Virus record (IMG/VR): IMGVR_UViG_3300021255_000031
Reading direction: 5' to 3' (one strand)
From: a virus
Taxonomy: Duplodnaviria; Heunggongvirae; Uroviricota; Caudoviricetes
DNA: 64,000 bases
The notes beneath the pieces were generated by a model that saw only the letters and a program-made list of their open reading frames with translations, did no database searches and was not told where the DNA came from. Position numbers and translations under genes: made by a program. Positions 52,459 through 62,048 of the stretch are shown here, in pieces; the first letter of the stretch is position 1; each line of letters opens with the position of its first letter.

Positions 52459-54627
52459 ATGAGTACGGCTTTTTTAAATTTAAGCAGTAATGCTTTGACT
52501 ATTAGTGTTACAAACAATAAAGGAGTTATGGCTTATGACTCAAACTATCAATATTATAAGGTTTCTCGTGGTTATTCAACTACGGGCGGAAGCATTAGAG
52601 CCACTCTTCCTTCAAATTTACAAGGTAAAAAAATTACCAGCATTGCTTTTTCAGCAACCTTAACATCTAATAGTGGTGGCGCAGCATGGCGATATACTAC
52701 AGAAAATAGTGCGTTGGAATTATTAAATAATGGTACAACAAGTTTTGATATTAGTTTTTTATATGCGCCAAGTACCGATAATGCTACAATATCAGAATAT
52801 AATGGCGCGAAAAGTTATATAGCACGCGGGGTAAATACAAAAAGAGCGACTTGGTCTAATATTAGCGTTGAAATTCAGTATGAAGATGATATCATTATAG
52901 ATGATGCGTTTGGAGTTGGTGATTGTAACACTAATCAAACCTCTTATGCTTTAGGGGAGGATATAGAGTTATCTTTTAATTTTACGCCAACAATCGCATT
53001 AGAGGCTAATACATTAAGAGCACAATTGTTTTCTGAAGAAAATGATAATTTTGTTTTTAATTATATTTTAAATAATGATATGGCATTGGTTCCCGATACT
53101 AATTATAATTTTTCAGTTATACAAACTCTTAATTCTACTTTAGATATTGATAATTTGCTAAACGATATTAAAGTTAGAATTTGGAATTATAATAATCCTG
53201 CAAATTTTTTAGAGATACCTTTGTATATTACTATTATTGAATCTCGTATTGCCCCGACTCTCACCGCGTCTTTAAATACAACAACTTTTTTAACAAATGT
53301 TACTATACCAGTAATCACATTAAGCAATTTTTCTACAGATTCAAATACGGATGCTTATATTCAAAGTATTAAAATGCGTTTTAATAATAATGTTTTTCCA
53401 GAGCAAGAGATTGATTTTGATTCTAATACTTCTACTAATACAATTTCTTTAGTGCCATTTATGAGTACAGTAGATGTCACAAATCTTGCAACTAGTTTAA
53501 TTGTTACTGATTCATACGCACAAACATCTAGTATAATGCTCGGTGCTATCAATGTCTATGTTTATAACGCACCAACATTTAGTAATACTTTTGCTATACA
53601 GCGGTATATTGAAAATCCGCTTACTGGAAATAATGATATTACCGATGAAGGTAGTCAGCTAATAGTAAATGGAAGCGTAAATTTTTCATCTTATTCTACA
53701 ATTCATAAATTGACATTGGTTTTAAATGATATCGAATATACCTTTAGTAATAATCCAATTGTATTTAATAATGATACTAGCGTTTTTTCAACGGTTACAG
53801 TAAATGTAGATCAGTCCTATACTATACGAGCAATAGCGGAAGATGATTATACTTCTACCATTATTGATTTAGATATCCCCGCTGCATCAGGTTATTTCAA
53901 CATAGAAGAAGGTGGAGTTGCAATCGGGGGGTTCGCGCATGGCACAGAAGATGACAAACAATTTGAATGTTATTACCCAATGTATTTATATTTTAATAAT
54001 ATAAAATATCAAATTATTTTAGGAGAGAATAATACTTTAATTGCTAATCCTATTGGTGGTGATAGTGGCGGCGGAACAACTCCTGTAAGTAGTCTTATAT
54101 TATATAATAGTACTGGTAATTTAAGTTATACAGGTAGCAGACGGGAGGACTATATCTTAACTTATACAGAAGGGCAAACAGCATATAACTGGTCTGTAAT
54201 GTTAACTAATCAATACAATAGTACCACTATTTCACTAAAAAATGAAATAGTTATGACTGCGGACAGCGGAACTTCTACCACTTATAATGATAATGTAGCT
54301 ATTACAAATGGGATTATAGTTCCAAGCGGCGCGCATGAACTAAAAGTTAATTATACAATATCTCGTCCTAGTAATTCTCAATTATTTTTATACTATGGAT
54401 TTGTTGTAAGTGGTTATAATGAATTCTCTCCACAAAGTGGCATTACTCAAGGAGAGAAATGTATAAAAACAGTTACCATTTCTTCTAGCGGTGCTTTTAC
54501 CGATAGTTTTGATATATCAAATTATAGCTGGTTATTAGGAAATTCTTATGTACCAATTATTATGTTTAATGCTCGGTCTAATGCAGCATATGCAAAATTA
54601 ACTATTAATAAAGTTTGGTTTGAATAA
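52459..54627 (+). CDS. receptor-binding / tail fiber protein candidate
   Basis: 722 aa Asn/Thr/Ser-rich beta-type composition; last gene of tail module before bidirectional terminator. Confidence 0.45.
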   Translation: MSTAFLNLSSNALTISVTNNKGVMAYDSNYQYYKVSRGYSTTGGSIRATLPSNLQGKKITSIAFSATLTSNSGGAAWRYTTENSALELLNNGTTSFDISFLYAPSTDNATISEYNGAKSYIARGVNTKRATWSNISVEIQYEDDIIIDDAFGVGDCNTNQTSYALGEDIELSFNFTPTIALEANTLRAQLFSEENDNFVFNYILNNDMALVPDTNYNFSVIQTLNSTLDIDNLLNDIKVRIWNYNNPANFLEIPLYITIIESRIAPTLTASLNTTTFLTNVTIPVITLSNFSTDSNTDAYIQSIKMRFNNNVFPEQEIDFDSNTSTNTISLVPFMSTVDVTNLATSLIVTDSYAQTSSIMLGAINVYVYNAPTFSNTFAIQRYIENPLTGNNDITDEGSQLIVNGSVNFSSYSTIHKLTLVLNDIEYTFSNNPIVFNNDTSVFSTVTVNVDQSYTIRAIAEDDYTSTIIDLDIPAASGYFNIEEGGVAIGGFAHGTEDDKQFECYYPMYLYFNNIKYQIILGENNTLIANPIGGDSGGGTTPVSSLILYNSTGNLSYTGSRREDYILTYTEGQTAYNWSVMLTNQYNSTTISLKNEIVMTADSGTSTTYNDNVAITNGIIVPSGAHELKVNYTISRPSNSQLFLYYGFVVSGYNEFSPQSGITQGEKCIKTVTISSSGAFTDSFDISNYSWLLGNSYVPIIMFNARSNAAYAKLTINKVWFE

Positions 54628-54671
54628 AAAAATAGAAGGGATTCTCTTAACGAGAATCCCCTTTTTCTTTT
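54625..54671. terminator. bidirectional intrinsic terminator GGGAUUCUC-UUAAC-GAGAAUCCC flanked by A7 and U-run
   Basis: between convergent RBP gene (+) and RuvC-like gene (-). Confidence 0.75.
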
Positions 54672-55408
54672 TATATATCTTCGCCCCATTTAATGTGGCT
54701 ATTCTTCAATTTACTAGTAAAATATTTTCCAATACAGATGGCATCCGCTTCGTCCTGGGTACAAGTTTGTTCATACCATTGTTTAACTTTTTCTTGTGCG
54801 ATTTTTTTCTTGTTTTCGCGCCCCTTTTCGGTGTTAATATTACAATATTTGCGCCATTCTGTAGAAAATACTAAATCGTGGTCTATACATGCTTCAAATA
54901 AAGTATCTAAAATAACACCTTGTAATTGTGCCAATGTTTTAAATGTTACAACTTGTGCCTGATTTCCATTATAAGATTGTAATTGAATATTTTCTATTCC
55001 TACAAAATCGGGGTCCCAAGTACGAATGGCTGTTTGTAACCACTTTTTAAATTCATTAATACGTGCTTCTGTGTCACCATCGGCTGTTTTAAAAGTGCCA
55101 TAACTAACTAAATCGCCATCATCAAATACAGCATAGCCGCTGACATTCGTCGCAGCATCAAGTGCTAATATTCTCTGTGTGCCAATCTTTTTGGTTGGCA
55201 CAATATTTTTTTTAATTTTTTTTGCATTCCCACTAAAGCACATATCACAAGTAGGATGCTTTCGCCATTCACCATATGTTCTAGTTTGTAAATGCCCGTT
55301 AGGACATTTCATTTCTAACTCTGTGTTTAAATTTTTATAACTGTCGCTAATAAGGAACCACCCTTCCGAGCTTAGATGATTAGCAACAGTATGAATATTA
55401 ATTGGCAT
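54671..55408 (-). CDS. RuvC-like Holliday junction resolvase with N-terminal zinc finger
   Basis: ILALDAATNVSGYAVFDDGDL (RuvC motif I) and DEADAICIG acidic catalytic cluster; CPNGH..CDMC. Confidence 0.6.
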   Translation of the reverse strand: MPINIHTVANHLSSEGWFLISDSYKNLNTELEMKCPNGHLQTRTYGEWRKHPTCDMCFSGNAKKIKKNIVPTKKIGTQRILALDAATNVSGYAVFDDGDLVSYGTFKTADGDTEARINEFKKWLQTAIRTWDPDFVGIENIQLQSYNGNQAQVVTFKTLAQLQGVILDTLFEACIDHDLVFSTEWRKYCNINTEKGRENKKKIAQEKVKQWYEQTCTQDEADAICIGKYFTSKLKNSHIKWGEDI

Positions 55409-56211
55409 TAAACACCAGTACTACCAAAGCCACCAGCACCGCGTTCAGTTTCGTCGAGCTTTTCTACTACTACAGCCTTAAACTGATGAATAGGTTCTAC
55501 CCAACATTGCGCAATACGGTCGCCAGCTTTAATTTCATAGTCAGAATCAGAAATGTTATCATATAGGATGCCAATTTCACCGCGATAATCAGCATCAATA
55601 ACTCCTATAGAATTAGATAACCGCAAGCCTGTTTTTGAACCAATACTTGAACGTGGTGCTATTTTCATTACCCATCCTTTAGGCAAGGCAATGCGTAAGC
55701 CGGTACGAACCTTATTACTAATGGAGTGCGCGGGAAGAATCATATCTTCTAGAGCATAAATATCGGCACAGGCGTCTGTATCATGGGCGTAAGTTGGCGC
55801 TTTTGCTCCTTCTTCTAGGGTGACAGGAAGTTCGATATCATAAAAAGAATATCTATTTTTAGCTTCTTCAAACATTTCTACAAAGATATCAAAAATAAAA
55901 TTTAATAATTCTGCTTTCGCCGCAGAAGGATGTAGTTCATCAATCAGTTCTGTAATACTTAAATTAAAATCATTAATACCCTGTTGAATTTCTGAAGCTG
56001 TTTTATTCTCTTTTTTGTAACTGGTAAGTATTTGTTGAATAGTTTGTTCGCGGACTTCTGGAGTAAAAGCTCCACTAAACATACCCTTTATCATATTTAA
56101 TGAAGCACTATTCAATGCATCATCAGAAATTGACATGATAGATTCTATCATTTTAGTAAGCTCATCTAATTCAGAGCGATTACTATTAAAAATATTTATC
56201 TTGTTTTCCAT
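55408..56211 (-). CDS. dut: dUTP diphosphatase with about 125-aa N-terminal extension
   Basis: C-terminal PRSSIGSKTGLRLSNSIGVIDADYRGEIGI...GDRIAQC...TERGAGGFGSTG = dUTPase motifs 2-5. Confidence 0.8.
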   Translation of the reverse strand: MENKINIFNSNRSELDELTKMIESIMSISDDALNSASLNMIKGMFSGAFTPEVREQTIQQILTSYKKENKTASEIQQGINDFNLSITELIDELHPSAAKAELLNFIFDIFVEMFEEAKNRYSFYDIELPVTLEEGAKAPTYAHDTDACADIYALEDMILPAHSISNKVRTGLRIALPKGWVMKIAPRSSIGSKTGLRLSNSIGVIDADYRGEIGILYDNISDSDYEIKAGDRIAQCWVEPIHQFKAVVVEKLDETERGAGGFGSTGV

Positions 56212-56213
56212 AA

Positions 56214-56450
56214 TTATACCTCATATGCAATGGTAATTTCTGTAAGCCAATTCTCACTGATAATCTCACCGGTTTTTCTATCCTTTTTAGATTTATAATC
56301 TACCTTGGATTTGGTAACCATATAGCCCTTTTCTAACTGTTCATTTTTATATTTTTCAATTAGACTAGTTGATTCCTGCTCGCTATCGGCATTATAAACA
56401 TAAGTTGTTTTAATTAGTTGAGTCATTTTCTTCAATCTCCTTTTTTTCAT
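56214..56450 (-). CDS. hypothetical protein
   Basis: 78 aa, operonic overlap. Confidence 0.45.
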   Translation of the reverse strand: MKKRRLKKMTQLIKTTYVYNADSEQESTSLIEKYKNEQLEKGYMVTKSKVDYKSKKDRKTGEIISENWLTEITIAYEV

Positions 56451-56745
56451 TTAATTTTCTTAATTCTTGTATTAAATTTATATAATTTAATTTAGTGGCT
56501 GTTTCAACAATTGTATTCGCGGCGGAAGCATTACGCATCTCTGGATTATGGGTTTTTTTTGCTAAGGCTCTACGTTGTGCTCGATTTAGTTTAATGTTTG
56601 AATTTTGGCTAATAATTTCTGTAGTGAATTTTTGAATATTTTCAAGGATTTTTTCATCTGTTTCTCCGCCAATTTGCTTTTCTGCTTCTTCATAACTTAT
56701 ACCTTGAACTTCAGCGAAGCGTTTAATAAGTTTATTTTGTTCCAT
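56410..56745 (-). CDS. hypothetical protein
   Basis: 111 aa. Confidence 0.45.
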   Translation of the reverse strand: MEQNKLIKRFAEVQGISYEEAEKQIGGETDEKILENIQKFTTEIISQNSNIKLNRAQRRALAKKTHNPEMRNASAANTIVETATKLNYINLIQELRKLNEKKEIEENDSTN

Positions 56746-56749
56746 TATT

Positions 56750-57685
56750 TTACACCAACTCTATATTATTCAAATTTTGTCCAATAGGATAATTGTCTGA
56801 AGTATAACGCCAAATAAAATTATATGCTGTTTTCCATTTTCCTCTACATACTTCAGCAATGTGCCCATGCGTCTTTCCTAAAAATCTTCCTGCTTCTGTG
56901 GCAGATGAAAATGTCTGTAGATATTTTCCATTTAAATCATATTGATTTACTTGTTTAGAACATCTTTTTAAAACTGCTTTAGATACATGTTCTAATCTTT
57001 TCTGAATATTTTCTTTTCTATTACTAGCTACTTGTTTCATATCAGTTGTATCTTCAGAAAATTTCCATAAAAAATTATAAGAAGTAGTGTGATCATTACA
57101 AGCGCATAAAATATTATTTCGTCCAGTAATAAAATTTTGAATTTTTAATTTACGGGATGCATCTCCTGCAGAATAATATTCATTGAGATAATTTCCATTT
57201 AGATCATATTGTTGAACACTTTTTGGCTGCTGTAATTTGTCTTTTTCTTCTTGTGTCATATATCCTAAATTATACTGATGTAAAACATTTTTAATGGTAA
57301 TTAAAGACGCATTGAAATAGTCACTTAATTCTTCTATAGTATATCCATTATTAAATAAAGTAATTGCTAATTGATGATTAACTTTTGGACTACCATCTCC
57401 GCCTGGAGTTTGATTATATCCTTGTGGGCCAAAAGCTTTATAATAACTAATCCAATAAATTTCTTTTTCAATTAAATCATCTGGTAGACATTCTTCTACG
57501 ACAGAAAAATTAAAATTTTCTATACCATATTTTCGTATAGCTCTATACAAAGGATATTCATATGACGAAGCATCTTTGTAATAAGCAAGTCGTTTATGAT
57601 CTCCAAATCTTTTGTTAATATTTAATGCTTTTCCGATATAAATTTTATGATTGATATTATTTTCAATTTTATAAATACCAGTCAT
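56750..57685 (-). CDS. GIY-YIG homing endonuclease with repeated C-terminal DNA-binding modules
   Basis: GIYKIENNINHKIYIGKALNINKRFGDH (GIY..YIG..R); two repeats QYDLNG.YL...S...A.R.L......N/I.....K.....F.W. Confidence 0.75.
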   Translation of the reverse strand: MTGIYKIENNINHKIYIGKALNINKRFGDHKRLAYYKDASSYEYPLYRAIRKYGIENFNFSVVEECLPDDLIEKEIYWISYYKAFGPQGYNQTPGGDGSPKVNHQLAITLFNNGYTIEELSDYFNASLITIKNVLHQYNLGYMTQEEKDKLQQPKSVQQYDLNGNYLNEYYSAGDASRKLKIQNFITGRNNILCACNDHTTSYNFLWKFSEDTTDMKQVASNRKENIQKRLEHVSKAVLKRCSKQVNQYDLNGKYLQTFSSATEAGRFLGKTHGHIAEVCRGKWKTAYNFIWRYTSDNYPIGQNLNNIELV

Positions 57686-57687
57686 CC

Positions 57688-58674
57688 TTAACCACCCTGT
57701 TTTTTATTATACCCAAATTCTTGGGATTTAAAGAAATCAATATAATATTTTTCCAATTCACTTAATTTTTCTTTTTCACAATAGGTTATGACTTCTATAG
57801 TCCAATTCCAAATTCCTTCTTTTAGAATTGCGTTATGAATTACTTGCGAAGCTATGGCTTCTATGCCAACGCTTGACTTGAAGTGGTCTTGAAGCCGCTT
57901 CTTTACATTAGTGCTTTTACCAATATAACATTTACCAGTTTCAATATTAGTGATTTTATAAATACCTGGTTCATCTTTAATACCAATACGTTTAATTGTT
58001 TCATCCATATAAGGCTTAACATATTCTGCCCAAACAAGCTTACTTATAATGTCTGGATGATTTACTTTTTGACTAACTACATTTAATAAGTAATCAATAT
58101 CATTATGATATTCTTCTGGAACTTGTATTGTATAATATAATCTTTCTTGTTGTGCTTTTTCATATTGATGAAGTGGCGCGAGCAAATTATTAAATCGTTC
58201 TTGTTGAAACTCTGTATCTTTTACAATTTGCTTAGAACGCGTATTATATTCTTCAACCACTGATTGATATGCCTGTTCTAGTAACGAAGTTTGCCTCTGA
58301 TATTTATCAGTCTCAATTTCTAAATTTTTCTGAAGAAGTTTCTTCGAGGAAACTTCTTGCTGTATAATTTCATTTTCAAGTTGTTCTAATCGCCGTGCTT
58401 TTGCTTTATCATAAAATTCATCAACTTCTTGAGCTTTTTGTGCGAGAATTTTGTTATCTTCATCAACAATCGATTTAAATCTTTGTTGTTCTTTTTCAAC
58501 TTGTTTTTGACAAAAGTTTAAATCTTCTTGTAAAGTAGATTTATTATGCTTTAAAAGTTGAACATCCTGTTCTAACTTATTTCTTTCTCTTATATCTAAA
58601 ACTTGCTTTTGGCGTAGTTTTATTATACATATTGCCGCAATCGCAAGTCCTATCACTCCGACTATCCAGCCCAC
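57688..58674 (-). CDS. membrane-anchored coiled-coil protein with C-terminal GIY-YIG/T5orf172-like nuclease domain
   Basis: N-terminal TM MGWIVGVIGLAIAAICIIKL; about 170 aa heptad-rich; C-terminal GIYKITNIETGKCYIGKSTNVKKRLQDH. Confidence 0.65.
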   Translation of the reverse strand: MGWIVGVIGLAIAAICIIKLRQKQVLDIRERNKLEQDVQLLKHNKSTLQEDLNFCQKQVEKEQQRFKSIVDEDNKILAQKAQEVDEFYDKAKARRLEQLENEIIQQEVSSKKLLQKNLEIETDKYQRQTSLLEQAYQSVVEEYNTRSKQIVKDTEFQQERFNNLLAPLHQYEKAQQERLYYTIQVPEEYHNDIDYLLNVVSQKVNHPDIISKLVWAEYVKPYMDETIKRIGIKDEPGIYKITNIETGKCYIGKSTNVKKRLQDHFKSSVGIEAIASQVIHNAILKEGIWNWTIEVITYCEKEKLSELEKYYIDFFKSQEFGYNKKQGG

Positions 58675-58750
58675 TTACATCACCTTTCACTCCTTTCTTT
58701 GATAATTAATTATATCATAAAATTCATGAAAAGTCAAATAATAAAATAGG

Positions 58751-58774
58751 TGGGGCAATATTAAAATTGCCCCA
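58751..58774 (-). terminator. hairpin UGGGGCAAU-UUUAAU-AUUGCCCCA containing stop of small membrane ORF
   Basis: 9-bp stem followed by U-rich tract on minus strand. Confidence 0.45.
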
Positions 58775-58928
58775 ATAAATCAATAAAGTTTTTTACAGTA
58801 AGAACTACCCAATAGGCGACGATAAAAGCCCATGTAAGTGCTTGATCGCGGTTGCCATATTTATATTGTCTATAACTAACAATTCCCGCTATCAGCATTA
58901 GTAGTATTACAATAATTGTTATTACCAT
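58761..58928 (-). CDS. small membrane protein (55 aa)
   Basis: AAAGGAG SD 7 nt before ATG; two hydrophobic segments; overlaps 3-prime end of nrdG ORF in another frame; stop inside hairpin 58751-58774. Confidence 0.45.
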   Translation of the reverse strand: MVITIIVILLMLIAGIVSYRQYKYGNRDQALTWAFIVAYWVVLTVKNFIDLLGQF

Positions 58929-59421
58929 CTCTTAACTCCTTTAAGTTAATAATTCGTTGATTTGAAGAACCACGCAAAGGTAATGTAGTATCGCGCTTAT
59001 CAATTTCAAAGCGTCCGTCAATAAGAACATCAATACTTGTATCGAGCAAATGCTTTACAAGTTCATCTTCTTTACTTCTCTCCAATAGTTCTTCATAAGT
59101 ATAGCCAGTCCATACATAAATAAGAGTATTAGGATAACGGCACTTTACCGCTTCAATTAAGGTTGTTACTGCTGCAATATTACCATCGCATAACGGCTCG
59201 CCGCCAAGAATTGAAAGACGACGCTCAACGCCATTTTTCTGTAATTTCTCTACAATTTCATTCAATAATGCAGGAGTGAAATCTTCACCATAATTGAAAT
59301 CCCATGTTTCTGGATTATGGCAACCGGGGCAATGGAAGTGACATCCAGAAAAATAAACTGAGAGGGAGATACCGGGCGCGGCCGCGGTATCATCCCAATA
59401 AATTCCAGCGATTTTACTCAT
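58876..59421 (-). CDS. nrdG: anaerobic ribonucleotide reductase activating protein (radical SAM)
   Basis: CHFHCPGCHN radical-SAM cluster motif; directly downstream of nrdD; start MSKIAG. Confidence 0.8.
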   Translation of the reverse strand: MSKIAGIYWDDTAAAPGISLSVYFSGCHFHCPGCHNPETWDFNYGEDFTPALLNEIVEKLQKNGVERRLSILGGEPLCDGNIAAVTTLIEAVKCRYPNTLIYVWTGYTYEELLERSKEDELVKHLLDTSIDVLIDGRFEIDKRDTTLPLRGSSNQRIINLKELRDGNNNYCNTTNADSGNC

Positions 59422-59575
59422 TTTTATAAACCTCTGATGATAGATCACTTAATATATCTAATAAGTGACGAAAAGTTCCATCTACATTAATAATTGGTAT
59501 ATTATATTTTTCACATAGTTCAAATATAATTTTTCCTTCACCCTGTTCTACAATTTCTGGAACATCTATCATCAT
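59414..59575 (-). CDS. small protein (53 aa) between nrdD and nrdG
   Basis: GGAGG SD then ATGATG; stop overlaps nrdG start; not in table (<60 aa). Confidence 0.4.
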   Translation of the reverse strand: MMIDVPEIVEQGEGKIIFELCEKYNIPIINVDGTFRHLLDILSDLSSEVYKNE

Positions 59576-59586
59576 ATTTTCCTCCG

Positions 59587-61821
59587 TTAATGAATATGCT
59601 TTACTCTGTCTTCAGTTTCTTTTTGTTTGCCCCAGTTGAACGCATCTTTATACGAACCTGTAAGATAACCTGTGACACGACGTAAGCGAGAAATATGCGT
59701 GCTGCCACACTTAGGACACTTTTCACCAATTTCGTCCTGATAGCCACAATCTTGGCACATATCTAAGGGGATGTTTAATGCGAAATATGGTACATCGTGA
59801 TCCATAGCATAATTTACAATTGTTTCAAGAGCGTCAATATTATTTTTAACGCCACTTGGCACTTCGACATAAGTGATACAGCCGGCATTGGAATATCCCG
59901 TAAGCTGACTTTCAATATCTATCTTATCAAAGATTGAAATGTCTTTCCATACTGGAACATGAATACTATTTGTAAAATATTCACGGTCGGACACATTAGG
60001 AATCTTACCATACTTTTGCTGAAATTTCTTCATCGCTGTGTGACAAAGATTCTCGGCAGGAGTATAATATACGCCAAAGTTTAGATGCTCTTCTTGCTTA
60101 AATTGCGCACATCTGTCTTTAAATAATTGTTCAATACGCTTTGCTAGTTCCATTCCACGAGGGTCAGTATGGTCGCAGCCGATAAGGATTTGAAGTGTTT
60201 CTGCAAGCCCTAATTGACCGATAACGAGAGTACCGTGTTTTAGTGCGGAGCGAATACCCTCTTCTGGTTTATAACCAAGCATTGTACCATTTTCATACAT
60301 AAATTTAGCAGATGCTGGTGATTGAGAGCAAATCCACTCAAAGCGTTCAAGGAGCATATCTTTGGCTTCGTGAATTTTTTGGTCTAAAAGCGACATAAAC
60401 GCTTCTACATAATCATTTGCATCTGGATAAGCGGCATCCACTGCTTCTTTTGCCATCATAGCGAGTGTTGGCATGATAATTGTTACAGGACAAATATTTC
60501 CGCGCCCATCCTTTGTCTGAGGATTAACACCAGGCTCTGCATTGATGTCGGCGCCATTTACTGTTCTACAACCCATGGTACTAAAATAAGTTTTAGGGTC
60601 GTTCTTATCATAACCCGCATTACCGCTCCAATCAACATTGGCATAGTTAGGATAAATTCTGCGTGCAGTAGATTCAAGCGCGAGTCTAAACAGATCATAG
60701 TTTGGATCGCCTGGCTTCCTATTAACACCACTCATACATTGAAAGATACCACATGGGAAGATAGGGGTCTTATGATATTTACCAACACCTTTAATAGAGC
60801 CTTCAAGTAATGCCTTTGTTACAATACGACCTTCTGGCAGGGTGCAAGTTCCATAGTTAATGGATGTGAAAGGTAGCTGATTCCCGCTTCTAGATTGAAG
60901 TGTATTGAGGTTATGATACATGCCCTCAACTGCCTGTTGAAGCTCTCGCTCGGTCATATCCATAGCATACTTATATGATTTAGGAAAGGTAGTATAAAAA
61001 TAATCTTCTATTGAGGTATTATTATCATACATTCCTTCATATTTAGACATATTTATATCTTCATAAAAATATTTTATTCCATCACACCAATGTTTATAGA
61101 AGCTCTTCCTCACATAAGGCACCATAGTCCAATCTAAATGGGTGGCTGAAACGCCACCAAATTGCATAAGCGATTGAAGCTGAAAAATAACTGCTACGAG
61201 TTGAAATGCAGTATTAATACTATTGGCTGGGCGTACATCAGTCTGTCGAGTATTGAAACCTTCTGCCAATAGTTTATCAAAAGGCACTGATAAGCAATTG
61301 TGGTCGCCAAGAGCATAGTGGTCTAAATCATGAATGTAAATCATATTGCCCAAATGATTTTCTTTAGCCATAGGTGAAAGCATAAAGTCAAGTGCGTATT
61401 GTTTAGTAAGAACGCCAGATGCTTCACCTAAACGGCCACCAAATGAGTGTTCATCTACATTTGCATTTTGATTTACAACATTAGAAGCATTTAGTTTTTC
61501 GCTAATCGCACGAATAAACTGCGTTGAACAAGAACGCATAATTCCTCGTTTATATCTATATTTAATGTATGCTTTAGATATAAGAGGGTCATATTCAAAC
61601 AAATTATCTTCTACTAAATCCTGAATCTCTTCTACTGTAAGTGGACGGTCAATTTCAGGGTCATGGGCTATTTCTAATATAGTATCAGCAATAGTTTCGG
61701 CAAAATGAGGTGTCGGAGACATTGCTCCATAGACTTCTTTATTGGCTTTATCAATAGCATTTATTATTTTATTTTTATCAAAACTAACCAAATTGCCGTT
61801 TCTTTTTCTTATCTGAACCAT
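59587..61821 (-). CDS. nrdD: anaerobic ribonucleoside-triphosphate reductase
   Basis: N-terminal ATP-cone, C-terminal CxxC..CPKCG zinc site and glycyl-radical motif RVTGYL. Confidence 0.85.
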   Translation of the reverse strand: MVQIRKRNGNLVSFDKNKIINAIDKANKEVYGAMSPTPHFAETIADTILEIAHDPEIDRPLTVEEIQDLVEDNLFEYDPLISKAYIKYRYKRGIMRSCSTQFIRAISEKLNASNVVNQNANVDEHSFGGRLGEASGVLTKQYALDFMLSPMAKENHLGNMIYIHDLDHYALGDHNCLSVPFDKLLAEGFNTRQTDVRPANSINTAFQLVAVIFQLQSLMQFGGVSATHLDWTMVPYVRKSFYKHWCDGIKYFYEDINMSKYEGMYDNNTSIEDYFYTTFPKSYKYAMDMTERELQQAVEGMYHNLNTLQSRSGNQLPFTSINYGTCTLPEGRIVTKALLEGSIKGVGKYHKTPIFPCGIFQCMSGVNRKPGDPNYDLFRLALESTARRIYPNYANVDWSGNAGYDKNDPKTYFSTMGCRTVNGADINAEPGVNPQTKDGRGNICPVTIIMPTLAMMAKEAVDAAYPDANDYVEAFMSLLDQKIHEAKDMLLERFEWICSQSPASAKFMYENGTMLGYKPEEGIRSALKHGTLVIGQLGLAETLQILIGCDHTDPRGMELAKRIEQLFKDRCAQFKQEEHLNFGVYYTPAENLCHTAMKKFQQKYGKIPNVSDREYFTNSIHVPVWKDISIFDKIDIESQLTGYSNAGCITYVEVPSGVKNNIDALETIVNYAMDHDVPYFALNIPLDMCQDCGYQDEIGEKCPKCGSTHISRLRRVTGYLTGSYKDAFNWGKQKETEDRVKHIH

Positions 61822-61829
61822 TTATTTCT

Positions 61830-62048
61830 TCACTCCCTGTTTATCTTTTTACCACAAATGGGACAAACTTGTCTATCGCTATAATTTAATGTCCCTTCTG
61901 AATGTGGGCAAGTTGATTGTAATTGTTTTAACTTTTCATATGCATTGCGCAATGCAGTATTTAGTTCCATAGTTGCCGATGCGTGCTGAATTTGAATTTC
62001 TAAATCGCTTCTAGCCGCTTTAATTTCATCAATCGTCATACTCTCCAT
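61830..62048 (-). CDS. small zinc-ribbon protein
   Basis: CPHSEG...CPICGKK; 72 aa. Confidence 0.45.
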   Translation of the reverse strand: MESMTIDEIKAARSDLEIQIQHASATMELNTALRNAYEKLKQLQSTCPHSEGTLNYSDRQVCPICGKKINRE

